From Chiloscyllium plagiosum (Eukaryota): a stretch of DNA of 64,000 nt. Positions 12,581-25,669 of this stretch are shown here, piece after piece. The notes beneath the pieces were generated by a model. The model searched no databases. It was not told the DNA's origin and saw nothing but the letters and a program-made list of their open reading frames with translations. Every line of letters starts with the position of its first letter. Positions within the stretch are counted from its first letter, which is position 1. A program made the translations under genes and the position numbers. The DNA lies in assembly GCF_004010195.1 (NCBI RefSeq), contig NC_057726.1, positions 69,240,608 to 69,304,607 on the forward strand, read 5' to 3'.

Positions 12581-14525
12581 GTTTGTTTCATGATCACTTT
12601 TTTTTGCCAAGTAGAAAGCTTTTACAGTGTACAACACACATACATCATTATCACCTGAACTGCTGCAAGATCACAGCACATCCCACTAAGTCTGTGGGTT
12701 CCCAATGTTGCCTTTGCCCTAAACACATGGCTAGTGATCACTCATTTCAACAATGATCCCCATACATACCTAACCCAGCAGCTTCTGCAAACAGTTGATG
12801 TTTACACTGTGTCACTGGATAGTTATTCAACTGTGTGAAGTGGCATTACCTCCACAATGTATAACAGCTATTCAGCAGGACAGGCGAAATCTATGCAGGG
12901 AAACAATTACAGCACCAGGTCTAAGATGTTTAATCATTTTGCAACAATTCTATTGTACAGTACCTGTGCACTATGAGTGGTTGCTACCATTATTCAAATT
13001 CAGCCCCAATCATCTCTGTTATGATGAATTTTGCAAACTGAGCCCTTGGTTTATTGTTTAACGCCACAAGGCTAGTCTTAGACACATTAATTGTGAATGA
13101 ATATACACAGATATGATTATTCTCCTTTGTCCCGTTTTGGCAAATTATTTGAAAATTACATTCATGACCATTTGTTCAGAAGCGGACGTTTCAGTTTTAG
13201 GTAATGAGTTTTGAAGTGTGGATAAATTGTGGCATCTGGGTAAGAATTTACTGAAGTGAAAGTGAGTCTGATGCAGCTTTGCTTTACTGCACTGAGACAG
13301 TAGCTTGCTCTTTTCTTTCAATATCAGATGAGGTAGCAAACAGAATGAGCATTGGTAATTGAACCTTAAACTTGAAATGGAGCCAGCAAGTCAAGAGAAA
13401 GGATCACAGAACTTCACTGTTAAATATAACCTCAATTCAGCGGAGGAGGTCATTTAGAAAAGAAAGTTATGAGAAGCAAATAAACAGGCTTTAAATGAAT
13501 GTAAGAAAAGCTGACATGCTCAAGAAAATCAATGGTTTAGCAGTATCTATGGAGAGAGAATTAGAGTTAACTTTGAAGTTAAATATGAAACTTGCTGAGA
13601 AATGAAAAGGGTTGTAAAATGGTCACTTTTGCTGTTAAAAATCATGCAACATCAGGTAATAGTCCAACAAGTTTATTTGGAAGTCCCAGTTGGACTATAA
13701 CCTGGTGTTGCGTGATTTTTGACTTTGCCCACCCCACTCCGACACCGACACCTCCTCATCACTTTTGCTGTTGACAGATGGCAAAGACTCCAATGGAACA
13801 GGTAGCGATGGTGCTAAAAGCAAAAGGCAAAAGCTGTGTGAATGGTGGTAAAGGTGCAGAAGAGTTGTAACACCTCTAACCGAGATATGTGAAATGGAAT
13901 GTAAAGTGAGCCTGCAGTGTGAACAGCGGAGACAATAGAATACGAAAAGGTGATAGTGTAGTTATCACGGTTATAATCATAGTGGAGGAAGAGGTCACAC
14001 CCTCATGGTATCTCTCAGGACACAAGAGAGTTGAAATGACCATAAATTTCCATTTGAAAAAGTGTGATGTGATAGTCTAAAGAAAGTCTGCTGATTCTTT
14101 ATACATATGTGTGTGCATATCTAATTTTTCCAAGGTTTGATGTTTGTCAACTTAAAGTAAACATTAATTATGTTAAAGTATACCAGAAACCACATGTTAC
14201 AACGAGACAGCTTTGCCAGTTTATCAACTCCAAGTGTGGGAGATTGTGCAAAGGTGGTGAAGAAAGGCATTTCATTAAAGACTCTATTCTACTGCTGGTA
14301 AAGATGACTATGTTCCTGTAATGATAGGAATTTTATCTGAGTTGTAGCTTAACCTGGCAGCTAAATGTAGTAGTACCATTAACAATAACATTATAACCCC
14401 ATGAGCAATGCTGTGTTATCCTTTGATCCTTTGATATCCTACCATACATTGTTAGCAATGTTTGATGCTATGTTATACTTTACAACTTAAGACTCAGATG
14501 GTGTTTCTATAATATTTGTCCTCAG

Positions 14526-14636
14526 AGAATACAAGAAGGAGAGGTGGGGCTTCTATCTTATGCTGCACTAAACTTCAGACAATACAAGAGAAGTAGAAAG
14601 AACAGACAAAAGGAAGACCAAACTTTGTATGCACAG
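14526..14636 (+). CDS. Gene A cytoplasmic exon with ITIM (LSYAAL) and first part of an ITSM (TLYAQ)
   Basis: Acceptor atttgtcctcag|, donor GCACAG|gtacaa, 111 nt, phase 0-0. RIQEGEVGLLSYAALNFRQYKRSRKNRQKEDQTLYAQ. Confidence 0.85.
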
Positions 14637-14776
14637 GTACAACTGTAAAACATAACCGTGCCTTTTAACTAGGACCACTCCAACACAAGTGTCAATTCTC
14701 ATTGATGTACATTGAATAGTTACAAGAAGTAATTTGAATAGGAGCTGCTCTTGATATTTCCTTATTGCTTTTACAG

Positions 14777-14908
14777 ATTAAACAAGGGACTGATGCTAAT
14801 CTGATTTACGTGTCTCTGGATATGACCGATTTACCAAAAACAGCAACAAGGAAAGAGACAGCAAAAATGAAGATAAACAAACCAAACATAGAATCCAGGA
14901 TTGCATAA
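14777..14908 (+). CDS. Gene A terminal coding exon with ITIM (LIYVSL) and stop
   Basis: Acceptor ttgcttttacag|. IKQGTDANLIYVSLDMTDLPK...SRIA* is homologous to the gene B last exon (TKQCTDGKLTYESV). Confidence 0.82.
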   Translation: MKQGTDANLIYVSLDMTDLPKTATRKETAKMKINKPNIESRIA

Positions 14909-16259
14909 CAAACTGTCCCATTTTCTCTGGGTCAAGCCATCTTCTTGAACAGACATTACATAGAACATAGAAAAGTACAGCACAGAACAGGCCCTTTGGC
15001 CCACGATATTGTGCCAAGGATTAATCCTAATGTAAAATAAGATAATTTAACCTACGCATCCCTCAATTCGCTGCTATCCATGTGCATGTCCAGCAATCAC
15101 TTAAATGCCCCTATTATGTCTATCTGTTTGAATTCGGTTTATTATAAAACACATTGTCATTTATCAGAAAGGAGTTAAAGAATCAACTATACAAAGGCAG
15201 CAATACATTCACTTCTGCGTTTCTGTACTCTTTAGAAAAGCAATGTCTGTAAAATAAAGGAATCTTTTTATTAATTACCATCAGTTAAGAAAGGTATCAA
15301 AGACAATGGATGTCCCTTTTGTAGCTAGTTAGTTGTTGATAACACTAGAGTACTAGATTATTTATCAAAATCTACGCCAGGAAATAGCAGCCTTGTATTG
15401 AGTCTTCCACACAGAAGAATCAGACAACTCGGCTCAACTGCTGTCTCTGAGCCTTTCAGCTTCACTGACTTTCCACCCAAACCTGATCAATCTGAATCCA
15501 CCAATCTATCCTTTTTACATTTGTACATCATGCATCTATCAAACTTCTCTGTTAGTTTCTCTATGTTCATCACAGCTAAAAACCCATCTGATAGATAATT
15601 CTCTACACTAAACATTTGCTGTGTAAAGAGCTTCTTCACAATATATTGAGAGACTTGCAAATAATAAAAATATAGTTCTGGACTGTTGTTCACATCTCAC
15701 TCAGAAGTCAAAGTATCATTTCCACACCTTCCTTTAAATCATTTTCATCACAGTGGAACAATACTGTCCAGTCAACATTAGCTTGAAAACAAAATGTATA
15801 CAGGAACACAACTATACCATTAAAATGCTAATATCAAGAATACTCTACGCAATTGATTTTTCCAGAATACATATAACTCAACTCTTTTAATTACAAAAAT
15901 ATATCCATCATTTTCTTGCCTGTTCTCAATGGTAACATTTTCAAAAAAAAAGCTGAGGAGAAAAATCCAAATATATACGAGATATGAGTGAAGTATATTT
16001 CTTTTGATCTCGGTCTGAATTTATTGACTGTTTAGTCTGTGTGGTAAACTTAGATCTCACAGCGAATGGCAATCTTTAATTATCATCTATTAGTTTAAAA
16101 ATTTTAACATATTATGTTTCAATTAGACCAGTAGGCGTTGTTTCTAACTTGAAGCAAAATGGGCCTCTTTGCTCACATTCACCATGTTGGATTGTCATTT
16201 AATGAAGCTCAATGCACTTCCTCCAGAACAACTACATTGTTCCTTCGGTAGGAATATGA

Positions 16260-17520
16260 GATGTCTGTACATGAAAATCGAAGGATATAGTTGATGCAAG
16301 AAAATAAAGAAGGCAGACAGAAATCCTTAGAATGAATCAATAGTCAATAAGGACTTTCACAGGCGAGTTAACAAAGAAGTGTAGAGAATATACAATGTAG
16401 GAACATATGAGATTATACAGACAGGTGGGAATAATAGAGACATTGACTATTTTCTAAATGGGGAAAGGCTTCAGAAATCCATAGCACAAAGGGACATAGG
16501 AGCCCGAGTTCAGGATTCTCATGAATATGCAAGTTCAGTTGGCAAATAAGAAGTCAGTTTGCAAGGATCCTTCCACATCCGACAGAGATTGACCTGTACT
16601 TCCACACACGTCATCTACTGTGCCTGCTGCTCGCGGTCTCGTCTCCTTTATATTGGGGAGACAGAATGCTAACTTGCAGAATGTTTCAGAGAGCATCTCT
16701 GAGATGCATGCACTAAACAACCCCACCATCCTGTGGCTGAACACTTTAACTCACCTTCCCACTCCACCAAGGGCATGCAAATCCTGGGCCTCGTTGACTG
16801 CCAAACTCTAGCCACCCGACGTCTGGAGGAAGAACACCTCATCTTCTGCCTTGGAACTCTCCAAACACATAGGTTCAATGTAAATTTCATCAGTTTCTTC
16901 ATTTCTCCTCTCCCCGCCTTATCCCAGATACAATCTTCCAACTCAGCACTGCCCTATTGAATTGTCCTACCTGGCCATTTTCTTTCACACCTATCTGCTC
17001 CGCCCTCCTTTCCAACCCATCACCATCATTCCCCACCTCCAGCTACCTATGGCATTCCCAAATACCTTCCCCTCAGACCCAACCCCATCTCCCATTTATT
17101 TCTTAGCCCCCTTGGGCCGCCCTCTCATTCCTGATGAAGAGCTTATGCTCGAAACGTTGACTCTCCTACTCCTCGGATGCTGCCTGACCAGCTGTGCTTT
17201 TCCAGCACCACACATTTCGACTCTGAACTCGAGTACCTGCAGTCCTCACTTTCTCATTACAAAAGACCTAGAATACACGAATAGCGATGTATTGCTGAGG
17301 CTATATAAGGCTGTGGTCAAACTGCACTTGGAATATAGTGAGCAGTCTTTGGCCCCATATCTCAATAAAGATGTACTAGAATTGGACTGGGATCCAGAGA
17401 GGGCTCATTAAGACTGATCCTAGGAATGAAGGGCATGTCATTTGAGGAGCGGCTAAGGATTCTCTACTTGTTGGAGATTAGAATAATGAGGAGAATCTCA
17501 ATGAAGCTTACAGGACACTG
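16260..17520 (+). mobile_element. CR1 RT 3' fragment interrupted by a PLE
   Basis: ITKDLEYTNSDVLLRLYKAVVKLHLEYSEQSLAPYL resumes after the PLE insert. Confidence 0.7.
16555..17252 (+). mobile_element. Penelope-like element fragment (GIY-YIG region + terminal repeat with degenerate hammerhead)
   Basis: YIGE...VAEHFNSPSHS...LIFCLGTL; ctgatgaagagcttatgctcgaaacgtt at ~17131-17158. Confidence 0.85.
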
Positions 17521-18649
17521 AGAAGACTGGCCTTTTGTGTTTGTTGAGAGGCTCAGGGGGAAGTGAAACAGACCGGGCTGACAGGAGGCTGGAGGCTGGG
17601 AGCAGGATAAGGGGCCACTCACTGCAGTGAGAGGTTTCCAGCTCTTGTAGGATGAGGTGTTGCACCTCCCCTGAGAGGGAGCTGGTAACTGGTAGTCCCT
17701 CTGTCCACTCCAGCCTGATGACATGTCGCATCCGGGGTCATGGCCAGTCAGGTCAGCTGGCTGGTGGGATGGGGTGGGTCTTAAATAACCACCAAAGGCC
17801 CTACTCCTGGGACAAACGGGATCCCAGCCAGGGACGCTGTGTTGGTGCTGTGACCCTCACCAGGTCATTGGGTGATGGTGTGGAAGGACTGTGACTTCCT
17901 CACTTCCTTCCAGACATTTTTCACTGGGAGCCTCAGTCTTGGGAGAAGACCTTTCCCTGAGGGGCTGGGGGATCCGGTGTCAAGAGGGCAGGGTGGTCCC
18001 CAGTTTCCGCCACCCAGTGACACCCCTCTATACCTGCCCCAATGGAAGGGTCCCTACTAATGACTCTGGGGCTGGTGACACTCGGAGAATGAACCATCCC
18101 CACTCTCTCAGTGTAGAAAGGGTTGGGGGCTGAGGACAGCAGCCCAGGGACAGTACTCAGTTTTAGGTGCTTGGGATGCCATGTTCCTGGTCTCCATCGA
18201 GGTTCTGGATTCACTAGTGCACCTCATTGAGCTCCCCTTCATTCCCTTAAAGAATTCCAGGAATACATGAAGATAAACCGGAATTCAGCTGGCTTGGACC
18301 CTGGAACAATATTGAACAGGTCTTCTACTCCACCCAGGCAGCTCTAATAGCCCAGAATGACCATCACGGTTCAGGATGTTCCTTGGTGGAAGGTGAGGGC
18401 CCTATGTGATTTTCCTTCCTCCCGCAGACTGAGAATGATAGTGACCGTTGCACAGGGCTGCTGCCATGAAGACAGCCATAGGCAGCCTCACCATCACCAG
18501 CAGCAGGAAACCACAACACAGGCTCCAGGATTTATCGGTCCACTGGAATGGAAGGATTGGGGGTGGGGGAGTATTAACCTTTTTGTTTTAAAAGGTGGTG
18601 AGTTGTTTATCAGAGTGGAGACCTGTGACCAGGGAGTGTTGTAAAACAG

Positions 18650-19360
18650 ACAGATTCAGGTACATAGGGATTCAGGTACATAGAACTTTGAGAGTGACGT
18701 TGCAGGTAGATAGGATGGTGAAAGAGGCTTTTGGGATGCTTTCTGTCATTGGTCAGGGCATTGTGTGTAGGAATTAGGAAGTAATTTTGCAGCTGTACAG
18801 AAATTTGATGAGGCACTTTTGGAGTCCTGTCTGTATTACTGGACACCCTGCTACAGAAAAGATCTTATTAAATTAGAAAAGCTGCAGAAAAGATTTATAA
18901 AGGTGTTAGTGGGACTGGAGGGTTTGAGTTATAAGGAGAAGCTGGAGAAACTGGGACTGTTTTTCTTAGTGATTAGCAGGTTGAAGAGTGACCTGAAAGA
19001 GATTTATAATTTCATGATGGACATAAATAAGATGAATAGTTAAGGGTTTTGTTTCGAGGGTAAGGGAATTCAAACCTAGAGGACATAATTTTAGGAAGAG
19101 GGAGAAAGATTTAAATTCACTGATGGGCACCATTTTTCACACACAGAACGGTTCGTGTGTGGAATTAACTGACAAAAGAAGTGGTAGATGTTGGTCTATT
19201 TTCCATATTTAATAAGCACTTGGACATTTTCATGAATTGGAAAGGCTTAGAGGGATACAGATCAAATGTAGGCAAATGGGACTAGATTAGTTTGGGAGAC
19301 CTGGTCAGTATGGACAAATTGGGCTGAAGGGGCTGTTTCCATGCTGTATGATTCTATGAG
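18650..19360 (+). mobile_element. CR1 LINE 3' fragment
   Basis: LEKLQKRFIKVLVGLEGLSYKEKL; tatgattctatga tail. Confidence 0.85.
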
Positions 19361-19944
19361 TCTATAACAGAGAGAATTCTCAAGAAGAAGCATTTGGAAA
19401 GATAAAGTTTGATTAGGAGTAGTCAGCATGGCTTACACACGGGAGATCATGCCTCACACATTTGTTGGAATTCTTTGATGAAGTGAGCAGGAAGGTTGGT
19501 GAGGGCAGGATGGTAGAAGTAGTCTATATGGATTTCAGTTAAGCCTTTGATAAGGTTCCACATGATCTGCTGGAGACCACATTGAATCTGGGGGGAGCTG
19601 ACAAATTGGATACACAACAAGCTTGACAGTAGAAAGCAGAAGGTAATAGTGGAAGGATTCTTGTCAGACTGGAGGCCTGAGACTGGTGGTGTGTCTCAGG
19701 TGTCAGTGCTGGGCCCATTGCTGTTTGTTATCTATATCAATGATTTGGATGAAAATAAGCATGAATTAAAAAGTTTGCAGATGACACTGAAATAGGCGGT
19801 AATGTGGAAACTGAGGAAGATTATCAGAAAATGCAACAGGATCTTGATTAGCTGGAAAAATAGGCCAAGAAATGGCAAATGGAGCTTCATGCAGATAAGC
19901 GTGAGGTCTTGAATTTTGGAAAGATAGGAGTTTGCATGTTTTGT

Positions 19945-20462
19945 GAAGGTTTGAAGCTCAGGTTGAGGTTCTGGATGTAGGCTTGCATGCTGAGCTGTAA
20001 CCGTTTTCAGATGTTTCATCACCACTCTACGTAACATCTTAAGCAAGCCTTTGGATGAAGCACTGGTGGTGTCGCCTGCTTTCTATTTATGTGATTGGGT
20101 TTGTTGGGTTGATGAGGTCATTTCCTATGGTGATGTCATTTCCTGTTCTTTTCCTTAGGTGTGGTAAAGGGTATCCATGTCAATGTGTTTGTTGATAGAG
20201 TTCCGGTTGAAATGCCATGCTTCTAGGAATTCTCATGCATGTCTCTTTTTGGCTTGTCCTAGGATGGATGTGTTGTCCCAGTCAAAGTCATGTCCGTCCT
20301 CATTCATATGTAAGGAAACTAGTGAGAGTGGTTCATGTCTTTTTAGGGCTAATTGATGTTCATGTATCCTGGTGACTAGTTTCCGCCTGTTTGTCCAATG
20401 TAATGTTTGTTACAGTTCTAGCAAGGTATTTTGTAAATAACATTCATTTTGCTTGTTGTCTG
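19945..20462 (-). mobile_element. Penelope-like element fragment (second family)
   Basis: Minus strand encodes GIY-YIG C-terminal motifs (RIHEHQLA, FDWDN, REFLEAWH), same family as 61259-61616. Confidence 0.75.
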
Positions 20463-20700
20463 TACAGGGGAACCTTGACTACCGGAATACCAATTATCCA
20501 AAAATCGGATTATCCAAAGAAGATCTCGAGGTCCCAATAGAAGCATTACATCAAAGACGTGTTTCCATCAGTGATCGCATCTTTTCTTTGTAGTGATTAA
20601 ACAGGCAGCATCTCCAAGTAACTGCCTGCCCGCCCCCCCTCTCTCTCTCTCCCCACACTTTCCCTGGAGTTCTACAGAGGGGTTGGGGGGAGCGGGGGAC
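20463..20700 (+). mobile_element. Possible Tc1/mariner (Tigger/pogo-like) DNA transposon end
   Basis: Starts TA-CAGGGGAACCTTGACTACCGG followed by repeated ATTATCC motifs, resembling Tigger-type TIRs; the other TIR was not seen. Confidence 0.4.
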
Positions 20701-20773
20701 GGGGTTGGACCGGATTGGGGGGCAGGGGGCGGGGTTGGACCGGATTGGGGGGCAGGGGGCAGGTTTGGACTGG
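20701..20773 (+). repeat. G-rich 30-bp tandem repeat (about 2.4 copies)
   Basis: ggggttggaccggattggggggcagggggc twice, then a partial copy. Confidence 0.85.
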
Positions 20774-21974
20774 CTTACAACAGGATCTTGACCAAATGGG
20801 CCAATGAGCAGAGAGCTGGCAGATGGAGTTTAATTCAGATAAATGAGAGGTGCTGCATTTTGGGAAAGCAAATCTTAGCAGGACTTATGCACTTAATGGT
20901 AAAGTCCTAGGGAGTGTTGCTGAACAAAGAGACCTTGGAGTGCAGATTCAAAGCTAAGTGACAGTGGAGTCGAAGTTAAATAGGATAGTGAAGAAGGCGT
21001 TTGGTATGATTTCCTTTATTGGTCAGAGTATTGAGTACAGGAGTTGGGAGGTCAAGTTGCAACTGTACAGGGTATTAGTTTAGCCACTGTTGGAATATTG
21101 CGTGCAATTCTGGTCTCCTTCCTCTCAGTAAGATGTTGTGAAACCTGAAAGGGTTCAGAAAAGATTTACAAGGATGTTTCCAGGGTTGGAGGATTTGAGC
21201 GATGGGGAGAGGCTGAACAGGCTGGGGTTGCTTTCCTTGGAGCATCAGAGGTGGAGGAGTGACCTTATTGAGGTTTACAGAATCATGAGAGGTGTGTATA
21301 GGATAAACAGACAAAGTCTTTTCGTTGAGGTCGGGGAGTGCAGAACTAGAGGGCATAGGTTTAGGGTGAGAGGGAAAAGATATAAAAGAGACCTAAGGGG
21401 CAACTTTGTCACACAGAGGTTGGTACGTATATGGATTGAGCAGCCAGAGGAAGTGGTGGAGGCTCGTACAATTGCAACATTTAAAAGGCATTTGGATGGG
21501 TATATGAATAGGCAGGGTTTGGAGGGATATGGGTTGGTTGATGTCAGGTGGAACTAGATTGGGTTGGGATATCTGGGCGGCATGGACAGGTTGGACCGAA
21601 GGGTTTGTTTCCATACTGTACATCTCTATGACTCGATGACTATGACTAAATGGCCTGTTTCCACACTTTTGGGATTCTATGATTGTCTACCAAGCAATGA
21701 TAAGGCCTGGTGTATGGGAGAGGAGGGAAAGCATGGGGAAAGGCACTCGTGCACTAAAATTGTTCAAACTACCTTTTCTTCCAAAGGGTGTAACTTGACT
21801 CTGTAGCCAAGTATGAGGTCAATTGAACACAAATTATTTTTGCCGTTCCAAAACCTATGCCTGCCTGGTAGAAACATTGAAGGACTATTTCCAAGTTCTG
21901 TGTAACCACTTATTCATCTCCCTTATTATCAGCACATCATGTAGATAATGATGTTCTAATGTTCTAATCATGTA

Positions 21975-24190
21975 GAACATCATTAGAACATTACAGTGCA
22001 GTATAGGCCCTTTGAAACCTGTGAAACCAATCTGAAGCCTGTCCATCCTATACTATTCCATGTTCATCCATATGTTTATCCAATGACCATTTAAATGGCC
22101 GTAAGGTTGGTGAGTCTACTGCTGGTATAGGCAGTATATCCCACACCCCTACTACTCTCTCAGCAAAGAGCTTACCTCTGACATCTGTTCTATATCCATC
22201 ACACCTCAATTTAAAACTCTGTCCTCTCATGCTAGCCATCACCATCCAAGGAAAAAGTCCACCCTATCTAATCCTCTGACCATCTTGGAAGTCTCTATTA
22301 AGTCACCTCTCAAACTTCTTCACTCAAATGAAACAGCTTCAGATGCCTCAGCCTTTCCCATAAGACCTTCCCTCCATACCACGCGACATCCTGGTAAATC
22401 TCCTCTGCATCCTTTCCAATGCTTCCATCTCCTTCGTATGATGCAGCAACCAGAACTGTACACAATACTCCAAGTGTGGCAGCACCAGAGTTTTGTACAG
22501 CTGCAACATGACCTCATGGCTCTAATCCCTCTACCAATCAAATCAACACATTTCATGCCTTCTTAACAACCCCATCAACCTGGGTGACAACTTTCAGGTA
22601 TCTGTGCACATGGAAAGCGAGATCTCTCTACTCATTTACTCTACCAAGAACCTTACAATTAGTCCAGTACTTTGTACCCTTGTTACTCCTTCCAAAGTAA
22701 ATCACCTCACAATTTTCCACATTAAACTCCATTTGCCACCTCTCAGTCCAGCTCTGCAGCTTATCTATGAACCTCTGTAACCTGTGACATTCTTCTGCAC
22801 TATCCACAATTCCACTGACCTTAGTGTTATCCACAAAATCTATTAACCCATCCTTCTATGCACTCATCCAGGTCATTTATAAAAATAAGAAGCAGCAGTG
22901 ACTCCGAAATAGATCCTTGCGTTACACCACTAGTAATTGAACTCCAGGATGAAAACTTCCCATCAACCACCACCCTCTGTCTTCTTACAGCAAGCCAATT
23001 TCTGATCCAAACAGTTAAATCACCCTCAATCCAACACCTCTGTACTTTGTGTAATAGCCAACTGTGGGGAAACTTTACTAAAATCCAAATACACCACATC
23101 AACCACTTTACCCTCATCCACCTGTTTGGTCACCTTCTCAAAGAACTCAGAAAGCTTTGTGAGGCATGACCTACCCTTTACAAAACCAAGTTAAAAATCA
23201 CACAACACCAGGTTATAGTCTAACAGGTTTAATTGGAAGCACACTAGCTTTCGGAGCGACGCTCCTTCATCAGGAAGCTCGTGTGCTTCCAATTAAACCT
23301 GTTGGACTATAACCTGGTGTTGTGTGATTTTTAACATTGTACACCCCAGTCCAACACCTGCATCTCCAAATCATATTTACAAAACCATGTTGACTATTCC
23401 TAACCAAATTAGTCCTTTCTAGATGATTATGAATCCTATCTGTTATAATCCTTTCCAACAATTTACCCATAACCAAAGTAAGGCTCACTGGTCTATAATT
23501 TGCTATCCTCAAGTCTTCTGGCACTATTCCCGTGGACAATGACAACATAAAGATCAAAGCCAAAGGACTTGCAATCTCCTCCGTAGCTTCCCAGAGAATC
23601 GTATGAAAAATCCCAGTCAGCCCAGGGGACTTACCTAATTTCACACTGTCCAGACCTGCTAACCCTTCCTCCTTAAGAACCTCAATCCCATCTTGTCTAA
23701 TAGTCCGTATCTCAGTATTCTCCTACAAAATGTTGTCTTTTTCCAATGTGAATACTGACGAAAATATTCATTTAGTGCCTCTCCTATACCTATAGAAAGC
23801 TTTAAGGTTTTACTTGATCCAATGTGCCAAAAACTACTCATGGCCACTGGCTCTTCTTAGCTCTCTCTTTACTAACGTGTAACTCTCAAGCTGCACCTTC
23901 ACATCTCATCTTTACATAATCATTCTTCTTCCTCTTGACAAGAGATTCAACTTCTTTAGTAAACTATGGTTCCCTATCTCAATCACGTCCTCCCTGTCTG
24001 ACAGGTACATACTTATCAAGAACACTCAGTAGCTTTTCCTTGAACAAGCTCCACATTTCAATTGTGCCCATTTCCTGCAGTTTCCTTCCCCATCGTATGT
24101 GTTCTAAACCTTGCATAATCGCAACATAATTGCCTTTCCCCCAGTTATAACTCCGGTTCTGCGTTATATACCTTTCCCTTTCCATCACGA
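21975..24190 (-). mobile_element. CR1 LINE ORF2 remnant
   Basis: Minus ORFs YNWGKGNY, KSPGLTGI, NYRPVSLT, WIRNWLAVRRQRVVVDG; 3' tail at ~21975. Confidence 0.88.
23189..23375. mobile_element. 187-bp palindromic PLE-derived insertion with 12-bp TSD and hammerhead core
   Basis: TSD TTTACAAAACCA at 23177-23188 and 23376-23387; ~60-bp inverted arms; minus-strand CUGAUGA-A-GGAGC-GUC-GCUCC-GAAAGCUA at 23245-23273. Confidence 0.85.
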
Positions 24191-25669
24191 AATATTGGCA
24201 TTATTTTTTCCTGGCAAAGCTGTAATGAGGTCTGGAGCTGACAGGTCCTCGTGATATACATACAGAGATGCAAATAAGATGTTGGGAGTCAGACTATCTT
24301 CGGGCCTCAAGCTTACTGGTGCAAGAGCTGGAGGAGAAATCATTATAGGTGATTCTCTATGTACAAGTCTTCAGTTATAAATTGAACTGAGCATGCACAG
24401 TTATGCAGTTCAGTATGATGGTGTGGACAGGGTTTTATTTTACTGTGTTACAAACACATAGAACAATCACCTCGTTATTTTCACAAATTCACAAATGAAA
24501 CCATTTTTGACTTTATGCAGCAGTTTGAACATTATGGTGGCAGCATGCTTGGTGTCATGGAAACAAACATTGAATTGATCTTCAGGTTGGGTTCAGTCCG
24601 GACGGCACAAGAGGTTAAATGACTTTACCAAATAAGAGAACTTTGAGCAAGGGGTGTAGCACAAAGGCAGATGTGTAAATTGTTTTTACCTCGCTTAAAT
24701 TAAGGAAAAATATTGTTTTATTTCAAGTTTGAGCTGCACATTTATTATCCTGCATGTCCTATAGTTTATATCTATCTTATTTCAGCAGTTTATTCTCCTT
24801 CTTTTTTTCCTGTACCTAATAATTCTCGGCTGCTGTTCACTGGCAACAATTGAGCTGCAACTTTGTGCCACCCATCAATGATGTGCACGCACTCAGCTCT
24901 TTCCTGACTTTCAATCATTTAGCAACTGGACAGCCTCTTACAATATGTAGAGATTGCTAGTTTCCTATTTATGTTTTGCTTTGCAATCTTTTTATGAGGC
25001 CTTTTCAGTGACCATCTGGAGTACTTGCTTCTTGGGAATTATTTACTGTCTTTTGAGATGTACTTTGCAGATCCATGGGACTGTGCAGTTTACATTTCAA
25101 GGACATGTTCCATCCACATGGTGTGCATTTCAGCAATTTTGTGGTTTAATTAGTGATAGCAGCAGACATGTTTACAATGAAGACAGGGATTTAATGGACC
25201 AAATGTATAAACTGGTTTGCCTGCTAGGAAATTCTCCTGAAAGGACGTAAATCAGTGTGAAGTGATAAATTACTTTGTGGCTCAGACACTGTTATTAGGT
25301 TAAAGTAGTGTCAATTTATTTTAATTCAATTTAGGAATTCATGGGCCTGGACCAAAGGTCACCAATTAAGTTATTGCACCAATCAGCCTTAGGTTTTTGT
25401 GCGATGTAACAATACATGTCAGGTCAAAGTGCTGAATTGCTGCTTTCTTCATATTTTCTCAAGAACGTTTGAACTTTATTGGGCAGATTTACACTCAAAC
25501 CATCAGAATAAAAGGAATGTAAATTTTGATAGGGCAATCTCCATCAGATTTTTCAGATTCTGAACAGAGTTTAATCAGACATGGGTTATTTACTTCAATT
25601 ACTGTTCAATTGATATCTTCATTAAAGACACTTGAAATGAGGTTTGCTATTGTACTTTTCTCATCAGAC

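Larger units (their letters stand above)
12359..12632. repeat. Direct tandem duplication, 138/136 bp, containing the gene A micro-exon
   Basis: Units start tgatcatgatgaaaatg at 12359 and 12497. They differ by a 2-nt indel and two substitutions in the 3' part. Confidence 0.95.
19365..21650 (+). mobile_element. CR1 RT fragments interleaved with PLE and DNA-transposon pieces
   Basis: YMDFS.AFDKVPH and FADDT motifs at 19520-19790; ERVQKRFTRMFPGL ORF at 21138-21557; ctatgact tail. Confidence 0.8.

Noticed and set aside
14135-14160. Possible gene A exon after ctaatttttccaag
   Set aside because: Stops after 8 codons in phase 1 and has no paralog support; the 53-nt exon already fills this position.
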